This document shows, in pieces, positions 36,546-46,394 of a stretch of DNA of 64,000 bases. The translations under genes were made by a program, and so were the position numbers. Within the stretch, counting starts at the first letter, position 1. Every line of letters starts with the position of its first letter. Origin of the DNA: Bacteroidales bacterium. GTDB taxonomy: Bacteria > Bacteroidota > Bacteroidia > Bacteroidales > JAUNSR01. The stretch lies in assembly GCA_036655755.1 (NCBI GenBank), contig JAVVPN010000003.1, forward strand, positions 3,416 through 67,415, read 5' to 3'. Under the pieces are notes generated by a model. The model was not told the origin of the DNA. It did no database searches and saw only the letters and a program-made list of their open reading frames with translations.

Positions 36546-37298
36546 ATGGGAAAAAAGTTTACAGAAGAGGAGCAGCTGTTCCATAAAATAGAGCGTAAAA
36601 TCCGCAAAGCGATGGTGGATTACCGTTTGATAGAGGATGGTGATAAGATCTTGGTCGGATTGTCGGGTGGAAAAGATTCCTTGGCATTGATAGAACTGCT
36701 GGGACGCCGCAAAAAGATTCTAAAACCTCGCTTTGAGGTGGTTGCCGTGCACGTATCAATGACCAATATCGGCTACGTATCCGATCTTGAGTATTTACGT
36801 AAACACTGCGAGGACAACGATATTCGTTTTATCCATCATGTAGATGCTTTCGATATGAGTACCGACAAGCGTAAATCACCCTGCTTCCTTTGTTCGTGGA
36901 CTCGCCGTAAAGCGATGTTTGCGCTGGCAAAAGAGCATGGTTGCAATAAAATAGCGTTAGGTCATCATCAGGATGATATATTGCAAACGTTGTTGATGAA
37001 TATGACCTTTCAGGGAGCATTCGGCACAATGCCTCCTAAACTGAAAATGGATAAGTTTGAAATGACAATTATTCGCCCCATGTGTCTGGTTGCCGAAAAA
37101 GAGTTGATCGAGCTGGAGCAACTGCGCGGATATATACGTCAGAAGCAACCTTGTCCGTATGAATGCTCATCGAGTCGTCCGGAAATGAAAAACGTAGTGA
37201 AGATGCTTGAGGGGATGAACGAAAAGGCGCGTTTTAACCTATGGTCGAGTATGACCAATATTCAGACCGATTATCTTCCCCGTATCGAAAACGATTAA
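36546..37298 (+). CDS. ttcA: tRNA 2-thiocytidine biosynthesis protein TtcA (PP-loop ATPase)
   Basis: The PP-loop SGGKDS is present, with CxxC-type cysteines (CFLCSW, CPYEC) and overall TtcA-like architecture. Confidence 0.85.
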   Translation: MGKKFTEEEQLFHKIERKIRKAMVDYRLIEDGDKILVGLSGGKDSLALIELLGRRKKILKPRFEVVAVHVSMTNIGYVSDLEYLRKHCEDNDIRFIHHVDAFDMSTDKRKSPCFLCSWTRRKAMFALAKEHGCNKIALGHHQDDILQTLLMNMTFQGAFGTMPPKLKMDKFEMTIIRPMCLVAEKELIELEQLRGYIRQKQPCPYECSSSRPEMKNVVKMLEGMNEKARFNLWSSMTNIQTDYLPRIEND

Positions 37299-37317
37299 AA
37301 CGACAAATAAAAACGAA

Positions 37318-37375
37318 ACCCCGGCAAACCAGTTATTCCTCATATGGAAAAACCGGTTTGCCGGGGTTTTGTTTT
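37318..37375. terminator. bidirectional terminator between ttcA and the POT transporter gene
   Basis: A 14-bp perfect stem AACCCCGGCAAACC/GGTTTGCCGGGGTT is followed by TTTGTTTT. Confidence 0.7.
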
Positions 37376-37392
37376 ACGTTATGAACGTATGT

Positions 37393-38745
37393 TTATTTTT
37401 TGCTGCGGGTAAAATATCCGAAAATAAACAATGCGATAGCCGATACAAGACCGATTGCCGCGAAGTAGAACCAGATATAATGAGCATGTACGGCTGCTTC
37501 TTTCCATGCGCTATGCGACGCATACAATGAAGGATCCGGACAGTATTCTGCCAATAACAGACCTGACAAACCAAAACCGAGAACAGATGCGATAAAGGAG
37601 TTGATATGGCTGAATCCGAGATACATCCCTTCGTCACCCTTCGGCGCCTGCATTGAGAAGTATTCCAAATAACGCGGCGATATAAATGTTTCAGCCAACG
37701 CCTGAATAGCGATACCTACTACCATCATGAACGCGATCGGATTTAGTCCGAGGATATTTCCTTCAATCATATTGCCCGAAGCCATAACCATTGCCGAAAG
37801 TGGCATTAACAACATACCTACCCCCATGGATGTAATGGCCGTGCGTTTTTTCATCAGGGTAGTAACGGCATTTACCAACAATACCACCACAAGCGGATTT
37901 ACATTGGCATACCAAGCCGGTGCCGAATCAGCTCCTGCCATACGAATCACATATTTCGGCATGGTAGCATACAACTGCATATACACCATCCAGAATCCAC
38001 TGGTGATCAAAGTAAGGATAATCAATTTCGCATTTGTAATAACTTTCCACAAGCCATAACCGATTTCACGGAAACTTTTACCTTGGCCGGCAGTATGAGT
38101 TGTTTTATACAGAAAGAAAACGATGAAAAGGGCAACAAGAGTAGTGGCTGCCGAAAAATAGTTCAGGTATACCAATCCTTCGCTACCCAAAGCGCGGCGA
38201 ACCGGTTCTACTACGGTTTTACCCGTAAAGCTACCGATGTTTACCATCATATAGAATAAAGAAAATCCGCGTGCACGTGTTTCTGAAGTGGTTTCTTTTG
38301 CTACCGTTCCGCTGATGATCGATTTGATGAACGCACCGCCGATAATAATGATTGCCATTACCGGTACGATTGCGTAGCGCATATTGCTTTCACGCAAACC
38401 TGTAAATGTGGTTTCAAATCCATAATCTACCAGTCCTGCCGATTCGAGCAGTGTCGGTAACAATCCAAGTCCGAAATAACCGATACTTAAAAAACTGAAT
38501 GCAATCAACATCGATTTGCGAAAGCCGATTTTATCGGCGAATGCTCCGGCGAACGTTGGCAGCAAATAAAGCGCCCCCGAGAAAAGTCCGGAAATTACCC
38601 CTGCTTCGAGGTCGGAGAATCCCATTACCTGCGATAGATAAAGCGTAATTACGATGAATACTGCATAATAAGCCATTCGTTCCAGCAACTCTACTGTATT
38701 GGCTGTCCAGAATGCTCTCGAAAACTTTTTAAAGATTGAAGTCAT
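37393..38745 (-). CDS. MFS transporter, proton-dependent oligopeptide transporter (POT)-like
   Basis: The 450-aa polytopic ORF has N-terminal ELLERMAYYAV, which resembles the POT ExxERFxYYG signature. Confidence 0.75.
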   Translation of the reverse strand: MTSIFKKFSRAFWTANTVELLERMAYYAVFIVITLYLSQVMGFSDLEAGVISGLFSGALYLLPTFAGAFADKIGFRKSMLIAFSFLSIGYFGLGLLPTLLESAGLVDYGFETTFTGLRESNMRYAIVPVMAIIIIGGAFIKSIISGTVAKETTSETRARGFSLFYMMVNIGSFTGKTVVEPVRRALGSEGLVYLNYFSAATTLVALFIVFFLYKTTHTAGQGKSFREIGYGLWKVITNAKLIILTLITSGFWMVYMQLYATMPKYVIRMAGADSAPAWYANVNPLVVVLLVNAVTTLMKKRTAITSMGVGMLLMPLSAMVMASGNMIEGNILGLNPIAFMMVVGIAIQALAETFISPRYLEYFSMQAPKGDEGMYLGFSHINSFIASVLGFGLSGLLLAEYCPDPSLYASHSAWKEAAVHAHYIWFYFAAIGLVSAIALFIFGYFTRSKK

Positions 38746-38785
38746 AATGTGAATGATGTGAATATAAAAAGGTTAAGGAAAAAGC

Positions 38786-39283
38786 TTATTGTTCGGCAAG
38801 TTCAACTACCTCCAAGTCGCGAATATTGCCGTTGTCCAGAATAAACCGCATCAGGGTACGGGTCTTGTGAAAGCCCTGCTTGCCGGCCGCACCCGGATTC
38901 AGATGCAGGCATTGCAGTTTTTTATCATACAAAACCTTCAGGATATGTGAATGGCCCGATATAAACAATTTAGGCGGGTTTCGGAAAATATGTGGAGCAA
39001 TATCCGGATCATATTTCCCGGGGTACCCTCCGATATGCGTAATCCATACGTCCACTCCCTCGGCCATAAACCGTTGATGTTTCGGATAGCGAGCGCGTAA
39101 TTCGTGTCCGTCGATATTGCCGAAAACAAAGCGCAGCGGTTTTCCCATCGCCTCGAATCGATCGGCAAGTTCAACGGATCCGATATCTCCGGCATGCCAT
39201 ATCTCGTCACAATCGCGAAAATGTTTTTCATATCGCTCGTCCCACCAGCCATGGGTGTCGGAAAGTAATCCTATTTTTAACAT
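38786..39283 (-). CDS. metallophosphoesterase, YfcE/MJ0936 family
   Basis: SDTHG, AGDIG, GNID and GHSH metal-binding motifs occur in a 165-aa protein. Confidence 0.85.
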   Translation of the reverse strand: MLKIGLLSDTHGWWDERYEKHFRDCDEIWHAGDIGSVELADRFEAMGKPLRFVFGNIDGHELRARYPKHQRFMAEGVDVWITHIGGYPGKYDPDIAPHIFRNPPKLFISGHSHILKVLYDKKLQCLHLNPGAAGKQGFHKTRTLMRFILDNGNIRDLEVVELAEQ

Positions 39284-39313
39284 CTTAAAATGTATGAATT
39301 TGTACGAATTTAA

Positions 39314-39321
39314 TACATTTG
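39314..39321 (+). promoter_or_regulatory. candidate -7 box for ppk1
   Basis: TACATTTG lies 41 nt upstream of the ATG at 39362. Confidence 0.4.
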
Positions 39322-39361
39322 AGTTTACCTGACAAATCTAAATATTCAACGGAAGAAAGCC

Positions 39362-41461
39362 ATGGAGACGGAACGACGTTTGTTTAAGCGCGATATTAGT
39401 TGGTTATCATTTAATTATCGCGTTTTAATGGAGGCGAAAGATGAATCATTGCCTCTATTTGAACGGATTAAATTTTTATCGATCTACTCTTCCAATCTCG
39501 AAGAGTTCTATCGGGTTCGTGTTTCAGAACATCGCAAAGAGTTGATCAACAAGGATGCAACTCCCGAACAACGTGAGTCTGCCTGGAAAACCCTCGAGGC
39601 GATCAACAAAGAGGTAAGCCGCCAACTCAAAGAGTTTGATAGTTTTTTCGAGAATGATATTCTAAAAGAGCTGGCCCGCCACCGTATCGTGTTATATGAA
39701 GGAGCGGAGGTGGAATCGGCTCATGCTGAATTTATCCGTACTTATTTCCGCGAAGAGGTTTTTCCTTATCTCGAACCGATGATCGTTATCAAAGATCAGC
39801 TCCATACCTTTATTCGTGACAATCGGCTTTATCTGGTCATACGCATGCACAAGGCTGTTTCCGATGCTGTTTGTCCGATTGAAAACGGATTCAAATGCCC
39901 TGCCCTGATATCACCCGCCGGGCCTGTTTATTTCGTAATGAAAGTACCCTACTCTAAAGTGCCTCGGTTTGTTGAGTTGCCTGCGCTAGAAAATAAGCAT
40001 TACCTCATGTTTGTCGAAGATATCATTAAGGCGAATCTGGGCGTGGTCTTTCCGGGCTTCGAAATAGATGGTGCATATACCATTCGTGTGTCGCGCGATG
40101 CCGATTTTCTGATCCCTTTTGAGAAGAAGCAAACATTGGTCGAAGAGATACGGCGCAATGTACGGAAACGGAAGATAGGGGCGGCCAATCGCCTGGTTTA
40201 TGACTCTAAGATGCCGGCTGATTTTCTGCGGTTTATTTGTGAAGCCTTTCATTTTACCCCCGACCGGTGTATTCCCGAAGGATGCCATCTGCATCTTGAA
40301 GACCTTATCAAGTTGCCCAATCCGGTGGGCCGCTCGCTGACCGAGCAGTTGCCCCGGCCGTTGCGCATCCGTGAATTCGATAATTCGGGTTCCGTGTTTA
40401 AAGTGATCAAGAAAAAAGATATGTTGCTGCATTTTCCGTATCAGTCGTTCGAGTATCTGGTGCGTTTCCTCAACGAAGCTGCGTTTGACCCCTCGGTCGA
40501 AGAGATAAAGCTAACCCAGTATCGGGTAGCCGAAAATTCGGTTGTAATCAATTCATTGATCAGTGCGGCGCAAAACGGGAAGCGTGTTACCGTATTCGTC
40601 GAGCTAAAGGCGCGTTTTGATGAAGAAAATAATTTTGATACGGCAGAGATGATGCGAAAGGCGGGTATTCGGATCATTTACTCTTTACCCGGCTTAAAGG
40701 TGCATGCCAAGATGATTCTGGTTTTGCGTAAAACAGATGCTCACCATCTGAATAAATGTTTCGGTTGTCTGAGTACCGGCAATTTCAATGAAAAAACAGC
40801 CAATGTTTATTCCGATCTGGTGATCCTCACCAATCGGACCGAGTTGATTACCGAGATGGATAAATTATTCGAACTGCTTGAAAAAGGGGTAGAGCCATAT
40901 CCGTTCAGATACTTGCTGGTATCGCAGTTTAACATGACCGAACAGATCGAATCGAAAATCCGTCGTGAAATCGAATCGGCGCGTTCCGGATGTAAAGCAC
41001 GGATGATATTAAAAATGAATGGTCTGCACGATCCCAATATGATAGAACTTTTATATCAGGCAAGCGAAGCGGGAGTAGAGATCGATCTGATCGTAAGAGG
41101 TATTTGTTGTTTGGTGCCGGGACAGAGTTACAGCAAGAATATCCGGATCACCCGCATTGTCGATTCGTTTCTCGAACATTCGCGGGTATGGTATTTCTAT
41201 GCCGATGGCGAAGAAGAATTGTATATCACTTCGGCCGACTGGATGAAGCGAAATCTGAGTCGTCGTATTGAAACTGCATTTCCCGTTTGGGATAAATATG
41301 TAAAAGATGCCATTATAAACGGTTTGATGATCCAGCTTTCCGATAACGTAAAAGCTTGTTGGATAGATGAAAACCTCAATAATATTTATAAAAAGAGTGG
41401 CAATAAGAAGACTCAGACCCGCGCGCAAAGAATGATTTATGAATCACTAAAAAGTGACTGA
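39362..41461 (+). CDS. ppk1: polyphosphate kinase 1
   Basis: The 699-aa ORF has the N-terminal RDISWLSFNYRVL, two PLD-like HxK motifs (VHAKM...) and typical PPK1 length. Confidence 0.95.
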   Translation: METERRLFKRDISWLSFNYRVLMEAKDESLPLFERIKFLSIYSSNLEEFYRVRVSEHRKELINKDATPEQRESAWKTLEAINKEVSRQLKEFDSFFENDILKELARHRIVLYEGAEVESAHAEFIRTYFREEVFPYLEPMIVIKDQLHTFIRDNRLYLVIRMHKAVSDAVCPIENGFKCPALISPAGPVYFVMKVPYSKVPRFVELPALENKHYLMFVEDIIKANLGVVFPGFEIDGAYTIRVSRDADFLIPFEKKQTLVEEIRRNVRKRKIGAANRLVYDSKMPADFLRFICEAFHFTPDRCIPEGCHLHLEDLIKLPNPVGRSLTEQLPRPLRIREFDNSGSVFKVIKKKDMLLHFPYQSFEYLVRFLNEAAFDPSVEEIKLTQYRVAENSVVINSLISAAQNGKRVTVFVELKARFDEENNFDTAEMMRKAGIRIIYSLPGLKVHAKMILVLRKTDAHHLNKCFGCLSTGNFNEKTANVYSDLVILTNRTELITEMDKLFELLEKGVEPYPFRYLLVSQFNMTEQIESKIRREIESARSGCKARMILKMNGLHDPNMIELLYQASEAGVEIDLIVRGICCLVPGQSYSKNIRITRIVDSFLEHSRVWYFYADGEEELYITSADWMKRNLSRRIETAFPVWDKYVKDAIINGLMIQLSDNVKACWIDENLNNIYKKSGNKKTQTRAQRMIYESLKSD

Positions 41462-41484
41462 TAGATGATTTCTTTGCAGAAAAA

Positions 41485-41859
41485 TTAATTGTTCTGGATT
41501 TCCTTACCAAACGGAGCCAAGGCAAGGGCCGCCATTTTGAAGTGCTGCAATCCAAACGGAATACCAATGATGGTGATACAGCAGATCAGCCCGAATGCGA
41601 TGTGGGTAAGCGCAATCCAGATACCGCCTATCAAAATCCAGATGATGTTCATAAGGATGTAGATGCATCCTCCGGCTTCCGGTTTGGTGGTAATCGTACT
41701 ACCAAACGGCCAGAGGGCCAATACCCCTAACTTGAATATCTGAAATCCGAAAGGAATGCCCACGATGGTCAGGCAAAGCAGGGCACCCGATATGAAATAT
41801 TCGATGGCGATGGCCAATCCGCCCAATATAAGCCACAATACATTACCAATACAACCCAT
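41485..41859 (-). CDS. YccF domain-containing inner membrane protein
   Basis: The duplicated motif TI(V/I)GIPFG.Q.FK is characteristic of YccF. Confidence 0.85.
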   Translation of the reverse strand: MGCIGNVLWLILGGLAIAIEYFISGALLCLTIVGIPFGFQIFKLGVLALWPFGSTITTKPEAGGCIYILMNIIWILIGGIWIALTHIAFGLICCITIIGIPFGLQHFKMAALALAPFGKEIQNN

Positions 41860-41881
41860 GGTTATAATATCATTAAATTGT

Positions 41882-42667
41882 TTATAATCCTAATCCTTTT
41901 GCCTCATTCCAGAATGCATCCATCTCCGCCAGCGTCATATCCTTCAGATTCAGTCCAGCTTCGTTCGCTCGCTTTTCAAGATAGTTGAAGCGGCGTATAA
42001 ACTTCTGGTTGGTACGTTCGAGCGCATTGTCCGGATTAATTTTATACAGCCGGGCAGCGTTTATAAGGCTGAAGAACAAATCACCGAATTCCCCTTCCAT
42101 TTTATCCTGATCGAGTAGGTCGATTTCATTTTTCAGTTCCGTAAACTCTTCCAATACCTTGTCCCAAACCTGTTCGCGCACTTCCCAGTCGAAACCGGCA
42201 TTACGCGCTTTGTCCTGTATGCGGTGAGCTTTCACCAAAGCCGGAAGGGCAGAAGGCACCCCTTGCAATACGGTTTTATTACCCCCTTTTTCTTTTAGCT
42301 TGATCTGCTCCCAGTTTTGCTCCACTTGTCCTGCGGTTTCGGCAACAGTTTCGCCGAATACATGGGGATGGCGGAATATCAATTTGTCGCAAAGGCTGTT
42401 GCATACATCCGCAATGTCGAATGCGCCTTTCTCTTCGCCTATTTTAGAGTAGAATACGATATGCAGCAATACATCGCCCAGCTCTTTTTTCAATTCTTCA
42501 TCATCGCCGGCCATAATGGCGGCACAAAGTTCGTACGTTTCTTCTATCGTATTGGCACGAAGTGATTCGTTGGTTTGCTTACGATCCCACGGGCATTTTT
42601 CACGCAGCTCGTCGAGTACGTCGAGCAATCGCCCGAATGCTTCTATCTTTTGTTCTTTTGTATGCAT
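41882..42667 (-). CDS. mazG: nucleoside triphosphate pyrophosphohydrolase MazG
   Basis: There are two MazG-type EExxE regions (ETYELCAAI...ELGDVLLH, EEFTELKNE...GEFGDLFFSL). The start CPWDRKQT is typical. Confidence 0.9.
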   Translation of the reverse strand: MHTKEQKIEAFGRLLDVLDELREKCPWDRKQTNESLRANTIEETYELCAAIMAGDDEELKKELGDVLLHIVFYSKIGEEKGAFDIADVCNSLCDKLIFRHPHVFGETVAETAGQVEQNWEQIKLKEKGGNKTVLQGVPSALPALVKAHRIQDKARNAGFDWEVREQVWDKVLEEFTELKNEIDLLDQDKMEGEFGDLFFSLINAARLYKINPDNALERTNQKFIRRFNYLEKRANEAGLNLKDMTLAEMDAFWNEAKGLGL

Positions 42668-42711
42668 GTTGGCAAGTTGTTATAGCTTCGAATGAAATTC
42701 GTCAATCAAAG

Positions 42712-42762
42712 GTAATAAAAAATATTCCCTCCGATTGAAAATGCATATTTCAGATCGGAGGG
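42712..42762 (-). terminator. intrinsic terminator after the DsbD-like gene
   Basis: The 9-bp stem CCCTCCGAT/ATCGGAGGG is followed on the minus strand by AATATTTTTTATT. Confidence 0.65.
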
Positions 42763-42789
42763 AAAAATTAAATATTGTAGAAGATGCGT

Positions 42790-44811
42790 TTATTTTCTGC
42801 TTTCAAACTCCTTTAACCCGTTGGTCAGGAATTTGATATAATCAGGCACACTTTCATTGAATGAATAAGATGGGCCGATCGGCATTCCGCTTGGGTCGAG
42901 CAACACATAGAATGGCTGTGCGTTCGCTCCGAATTTTGAACGTTCAAGGTAGCTCCATTTGTCGCCTACCGTACGTAACGTACGTGTTTTGCCGTATTCT
43001 TCAATTTTGACTGGTTCGGCAAGCGGAGTTTTATCGTCAACGATCAGCGTAATAAGCACGTAATCTTTTTCGATAATGCTTTTTACTTCCGAGTTGGTCC
43101 ATACAGAGGCTTCCATTTTACGGCAGTTCACACATCCGTATCCAGAGAAGTCTACCAATACAGGCTTGTTTGCTTTGCGGGCATAAGCCATCCCTTCGTC
43201 ATAATCGGTAAAGGATGCATGTACCTCTTCATTGTATAAGCTGAAGTCCTGAGTTGTCAATGGTGGTGCGAAAGCACTGATTGATTTCAACGGAGCACCC
43301 CATAGTCCCGGTACCATATATACCGCAAAAGAAAGCGATATGATAGCCAGGAACAAACGTGGAATCGTGATGTAAGGAAGGTCGCTGTCATGCGAGAACT
43401 TCAGTTTGCCCAGCAAATAGAAGCCTAACATGGCAAAAATGATGATCCATAATGTCAGGAATACCTCACGGTCAAGGATACGCCATCCGTAAGCAAGGTC
43501 TGCCACCGAAAGGAATTTCAGCGCCAATGCCAGTTCAAGGAATCCAAGTACCACTTTCACCGAGTTCAACCAACCGCCCGATTTAGGCATCGACTGAAGC
43601 ATCGACGGGAAGACAGCGAACAATGAGAACGGAATAGCCAATGCAAGCGCGAAACCAAGCATACCTACCGCCGGTCCGGCAGTTGCACCCATCGAGGCAG
43701 CCTGTACAAGCAGTGTTCCGATAATCGGCCCTGTACAAGAGAACGATACAAGCGACAACGTAAATGCCATAAAGAAGATACTTAGCAATCCGGTTGTAGA
43801 GTCGGCTTTACTATCCAGTTTGGTTGTCCAAGAAGCCGGTAATGTAATTTCGAATGCACCCAAGAAGGAAACCGCGAATACAACAAGCAACAGGAAGAAG
43901 ATAATATTGAAGACCGCGTTTGTCGCCAGGTCGTTCAATGCGCTCGCGCCGAACAATCCGGTGATAACCAATCCGAGCGTTACATAAATAACAATGATCG
44001 AAATTCCGTAAGTGAAGGCGTCGCGAATCGATTTCTTACGGTCTTTTGTACGTTTCAGGAAGAAACTTACCGTCATCGGAATCATTGGCCATACACAAGG
44101 CGTAAGCAGCGCGAACAAACCTCCGGCAAATCCGGCAAGCAAAATCAGCCACAAAGAAGAATCATGGTCAACCGTGTCTTTTCCGTATGCCTGAAGTTCG
44201 GTAATAACAGGTTTCCAAAGATCGGTGTCTTCTGAAGCGATCACTTCTTTTGATGGTTTGATCGGTTTGGCCGGAACCAATGGGATAGCCGCAATTACAG
44301 AATCCTGCGTATTGTTACTGTCGGCAATCGATTTTTCCGCGTCTATTGGATTTTTATCGCCTTTCTTTCCGCTGAAAGAAAATTCTTCGGGAGTAGGAGG
44401 AAGGCAAGTTTCATCATTACAACCCATAAAACGAAGTTCACCCTGAATGCTGTAATTCTTATCCGTTACCTGGATTTTTTGAATGAATTTTACTTCGGAT
44501 GCAAACCAGTTGAGCTCCATGTCAAACTGTTTGTCATACTGGAATATCGGGGTACGTTCTGCCTTGATTTTTCCGATAAGTTTAGCCCCTTTTACCTCGT
44601 GAAAAGTAAAAGTGGTCGAAATAGGTCCCCCTTCGGGTAGATCCAGCCCGTACAAATGCCATCCGTCTTCGATTGAAGCTTTGAATATGAGTTCTTTTTC
44701 ATTACCCGAAAGATTGTGTGTAGAAAAACTCCAGGTAATCGGCTCTAAAATCTGAGCTTGCCCAAAGGCTGCGATGCATAAAAATAAAAATAAGTAATAA
44801 AGTCTTTTCAT
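42790..44811 (-). CDS. thiol:disulfide interchange protein DsbD-like (CcdA-type membrane core + C-terminal thioredoxin fold)
   Basis: The 673-aa ORF has a signal peptide, an N-terminal periplasmic domain, a polytopic core with paired Cys, and a C-terminal thioredoxin-like CVNC motif. Confidence 0.85.
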   Translation of the reverse strand: MKRLYYLFLFLCIAAFGQAQILEPITWSFSTHNLSGNEKELIFKASIEDGWHLYGLDLPEGGPISTTFTFHEVKGAKLIGKIKAERTPIFQYDKQFDMELNWFASEVKFIQKIQVTDKNYSIQGELRFMGCNDETCLPPTPEEFSFSGKKGDKNPIDAEKSIADSNNTQDSVIAAIPLVPAKPIKPSKEVIASEDTDLWKPVITELQAYGKDTVDHDSSLWLILLAGFAGGLFALLTPCVWPMIPMTVSFFLKRTKDRKKSIRDAFTYGISIIVIYVTLGLVITGLFGASALNDLATNAVFNIIFFLLLVVFAVSFLGAFEITLPASWTTKLDSKADSTTGLLSIFFMAFTLSLVSFSCTGPIIGTLLVQAASMGATAGPAVGMLGFALALAIPFSLFAVFPSMLQSMPKSGGWLNSVKVVLGFLELALALKFLSVADLAYGWRILDREVFLTLWIIIFAMLGFYLLGKLKFSHDSDLPYITIPRLFLAIISLSFAVYMVPGLWGAPLKSISAFAPPLTTQDFSLYNEEVHASFTDYDEGMAYARKANKPVLVDFSGYGCVNCRKMEASVWTNSEVKSIIEKDYVLITLIVDDKTPLAEPVKIEEYGKTRTLRTVGDKWSYLERSKFGANAQPFYVLLDPSGMPIGPSYSFNESVPDYIKFLTNGLKEFESRK

Positions 44812-45247
44812 TGAAGAAAAAATTTGAATTTAGAGATTGTAATGACGAATCGTTTTTGGGTTTTTGTATAAATATACTACCTTTTTACATAGCACCTTAA
44901 CCAAATGGCGCATTTGTATCTTGATGTTAAAAATATATTATATACAAATAAATACAAATATAGAATTAAAAAATTTTGTTTTTGCAGAAATCTGTTGTTC
45001 ATGGGAATTTTCGCCAATAAAAAAAGAAGAATCGGATTCTATTTGCCCGATAACTGGTTAATGTTTTCGGTTTTCCCCATACATTCGGGGGTGTTGAGGC
45101 TTTTATTCTTCCGATTCATGGGTTTCAGTTTCCGAATTATTGCGAAAATGGGCATATTTACCTATTCTTATGAAATGCTCAAGAAGAGGAGGAGTGCTGT
45201 TTTCAATTCTTTTTGAATGATTTTTATCTTCAAACAATCATTAATTT

Positions 45248-45255
45248 GTACTTTT
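45248..45255 (+). promoter_or_regulatory. candidate -7 box for the DHH phosphoesterase gene
   Basis: TACTTTTG lies 61 nt upstream of the ATG at 45316. Confidence 0.4.
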
Positions 45256-45315
45256 GGAACCAGAAAGCTGTTCGAACGAACAGGTTTTTGATTTATAGAA
45301 GCGTACTGATTATAT

Positions 45316-46344
45316 ATGATTACAAAAATTATCCGGGAAGAGCTGATTCAGAAAGTAAAGAAAGCGATTGAAAAACATGATCGTTTCGTAATTGTGGCGC
45401 ACGTATCGCCCGACGGGGATGCCCTGGGTTCTTCATTAGGTCTTTACCATTTCCTCGGAGAGATGGAAAAAGATGTGACGGTAATATATGCCGATAGTGT
45501 GTCTGACAATTTGAATTGGTTGCCGGGTGTAAAGGATGCTTTGTTTTATGATGAAACACCCGACGCGGCAAATGCCGAGATTGCAGCGGCAGAAGTGATT
45601 TTCTGTGTCGATTTTAATGCGGCTAAACGTATGGGAAAGATGGCGGATGCCGTAGTAAACGCCGACGCCCTTCGCATTATGGTAGATCATCATTTATATC
45701 CCGACGACTTTTGCCAGATTTGTATTTCTCATCCCGAAATATCATCTACCAGCGAACTGATTTTCCGGTTGATTTGCCGTATGGGATATTTCGATATGAT
45801 CAATCTGAATATTGCAACCGTAATTTATACGGGTATGATGACCGATACCGGAGCATTCACCTATAATTCGGTTTCACCTGAAATTTATTTAATTATCAGT
45901 GAACTGCTGAAAATCGGAATCAATAAGGATAAAATCTATGATCGCGTGTTCAATACTTTTTCCGAATCGCGCGAACGTCTGATGGGATTTGCCATCAATA
46001 AGAAGATGAAAGTATTCAAGCCCTATAAGGCGGCGATGATTTCGCTTACTACCGAAGAACTCGAATCGTATAACTTTAAAAAAGGAGATGCCGAAGGATT
46101 TGTAAATATCCCGCTTTCCATTAAAGGAATCGTATTCTCCGTATTTTTCCGTCAGGATAAAGAATACATCAAGGTGTCGCTTCGGTCGAAAGGGAATTTC
46201 CCTGCCAACAAGGTGGCTGAGCAGTATTTCAATGGGGGAGGACACAAAAATGCTTCGGGCGGAGAGTTCTTCGGAACCATGGAAGAAGCCGAGAAATTGT
46301 TTGAGTCGATTCTGCCTCATTTTGAAAATTATCTTGAAGATTAA
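45316..46344 (+). CDS. nrnA: DHH/DHHA1 phosphoesterase (NrnA-like oligoribonuclease/pAp phosphatase)
   Basis: HVSPDGDALGS, DHH (MVDHHLY) and GGGHKNASG motifs are present. Confidence 0.85.
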   Translation: MITKIIREELIQKVKKAIEKHDRFVIVAHVSPDGDALGSSLGLYHFLGEMEKDVTVIYADSVSDNLNWLPGVKDALFYDETPDAANAEIAAAEVIFCVDFNAAKRMGKMADAVVNADALRIMVDHHLYPDDFCQICISHPEISSTSELIFRLICRMGYFDMINLNIATVIYTGMMTDTGAFTYNSVSPEIYLIISELLKIGINKDKIYDRVFNTFSESRERLMGFAINKKMKVFKPYKAAMISLTTEELESYNFKKGDAEGFVNIPLSIKGIVFSVFFRQDKEYIKVSLRSKGNFPANKVAEQYFNGGGHKNASGGEFFGTMEEAEKLFESILPHFENYLED

Positions 46345-46394
46345 GGAAGAAGTAAGGATTATTTATATTTTTGAAAAAAATTAAGATCTCAATT

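Noticed and set aside
44905-45216. A 103-aa ORF in the dsbD/nrnA spacer.
   Set aside because: The sequence is AT-rich and low-complexity, the translation has no motif, and the ORF begins upstream of any plausible promoter. It is kept only as a low-interest note.
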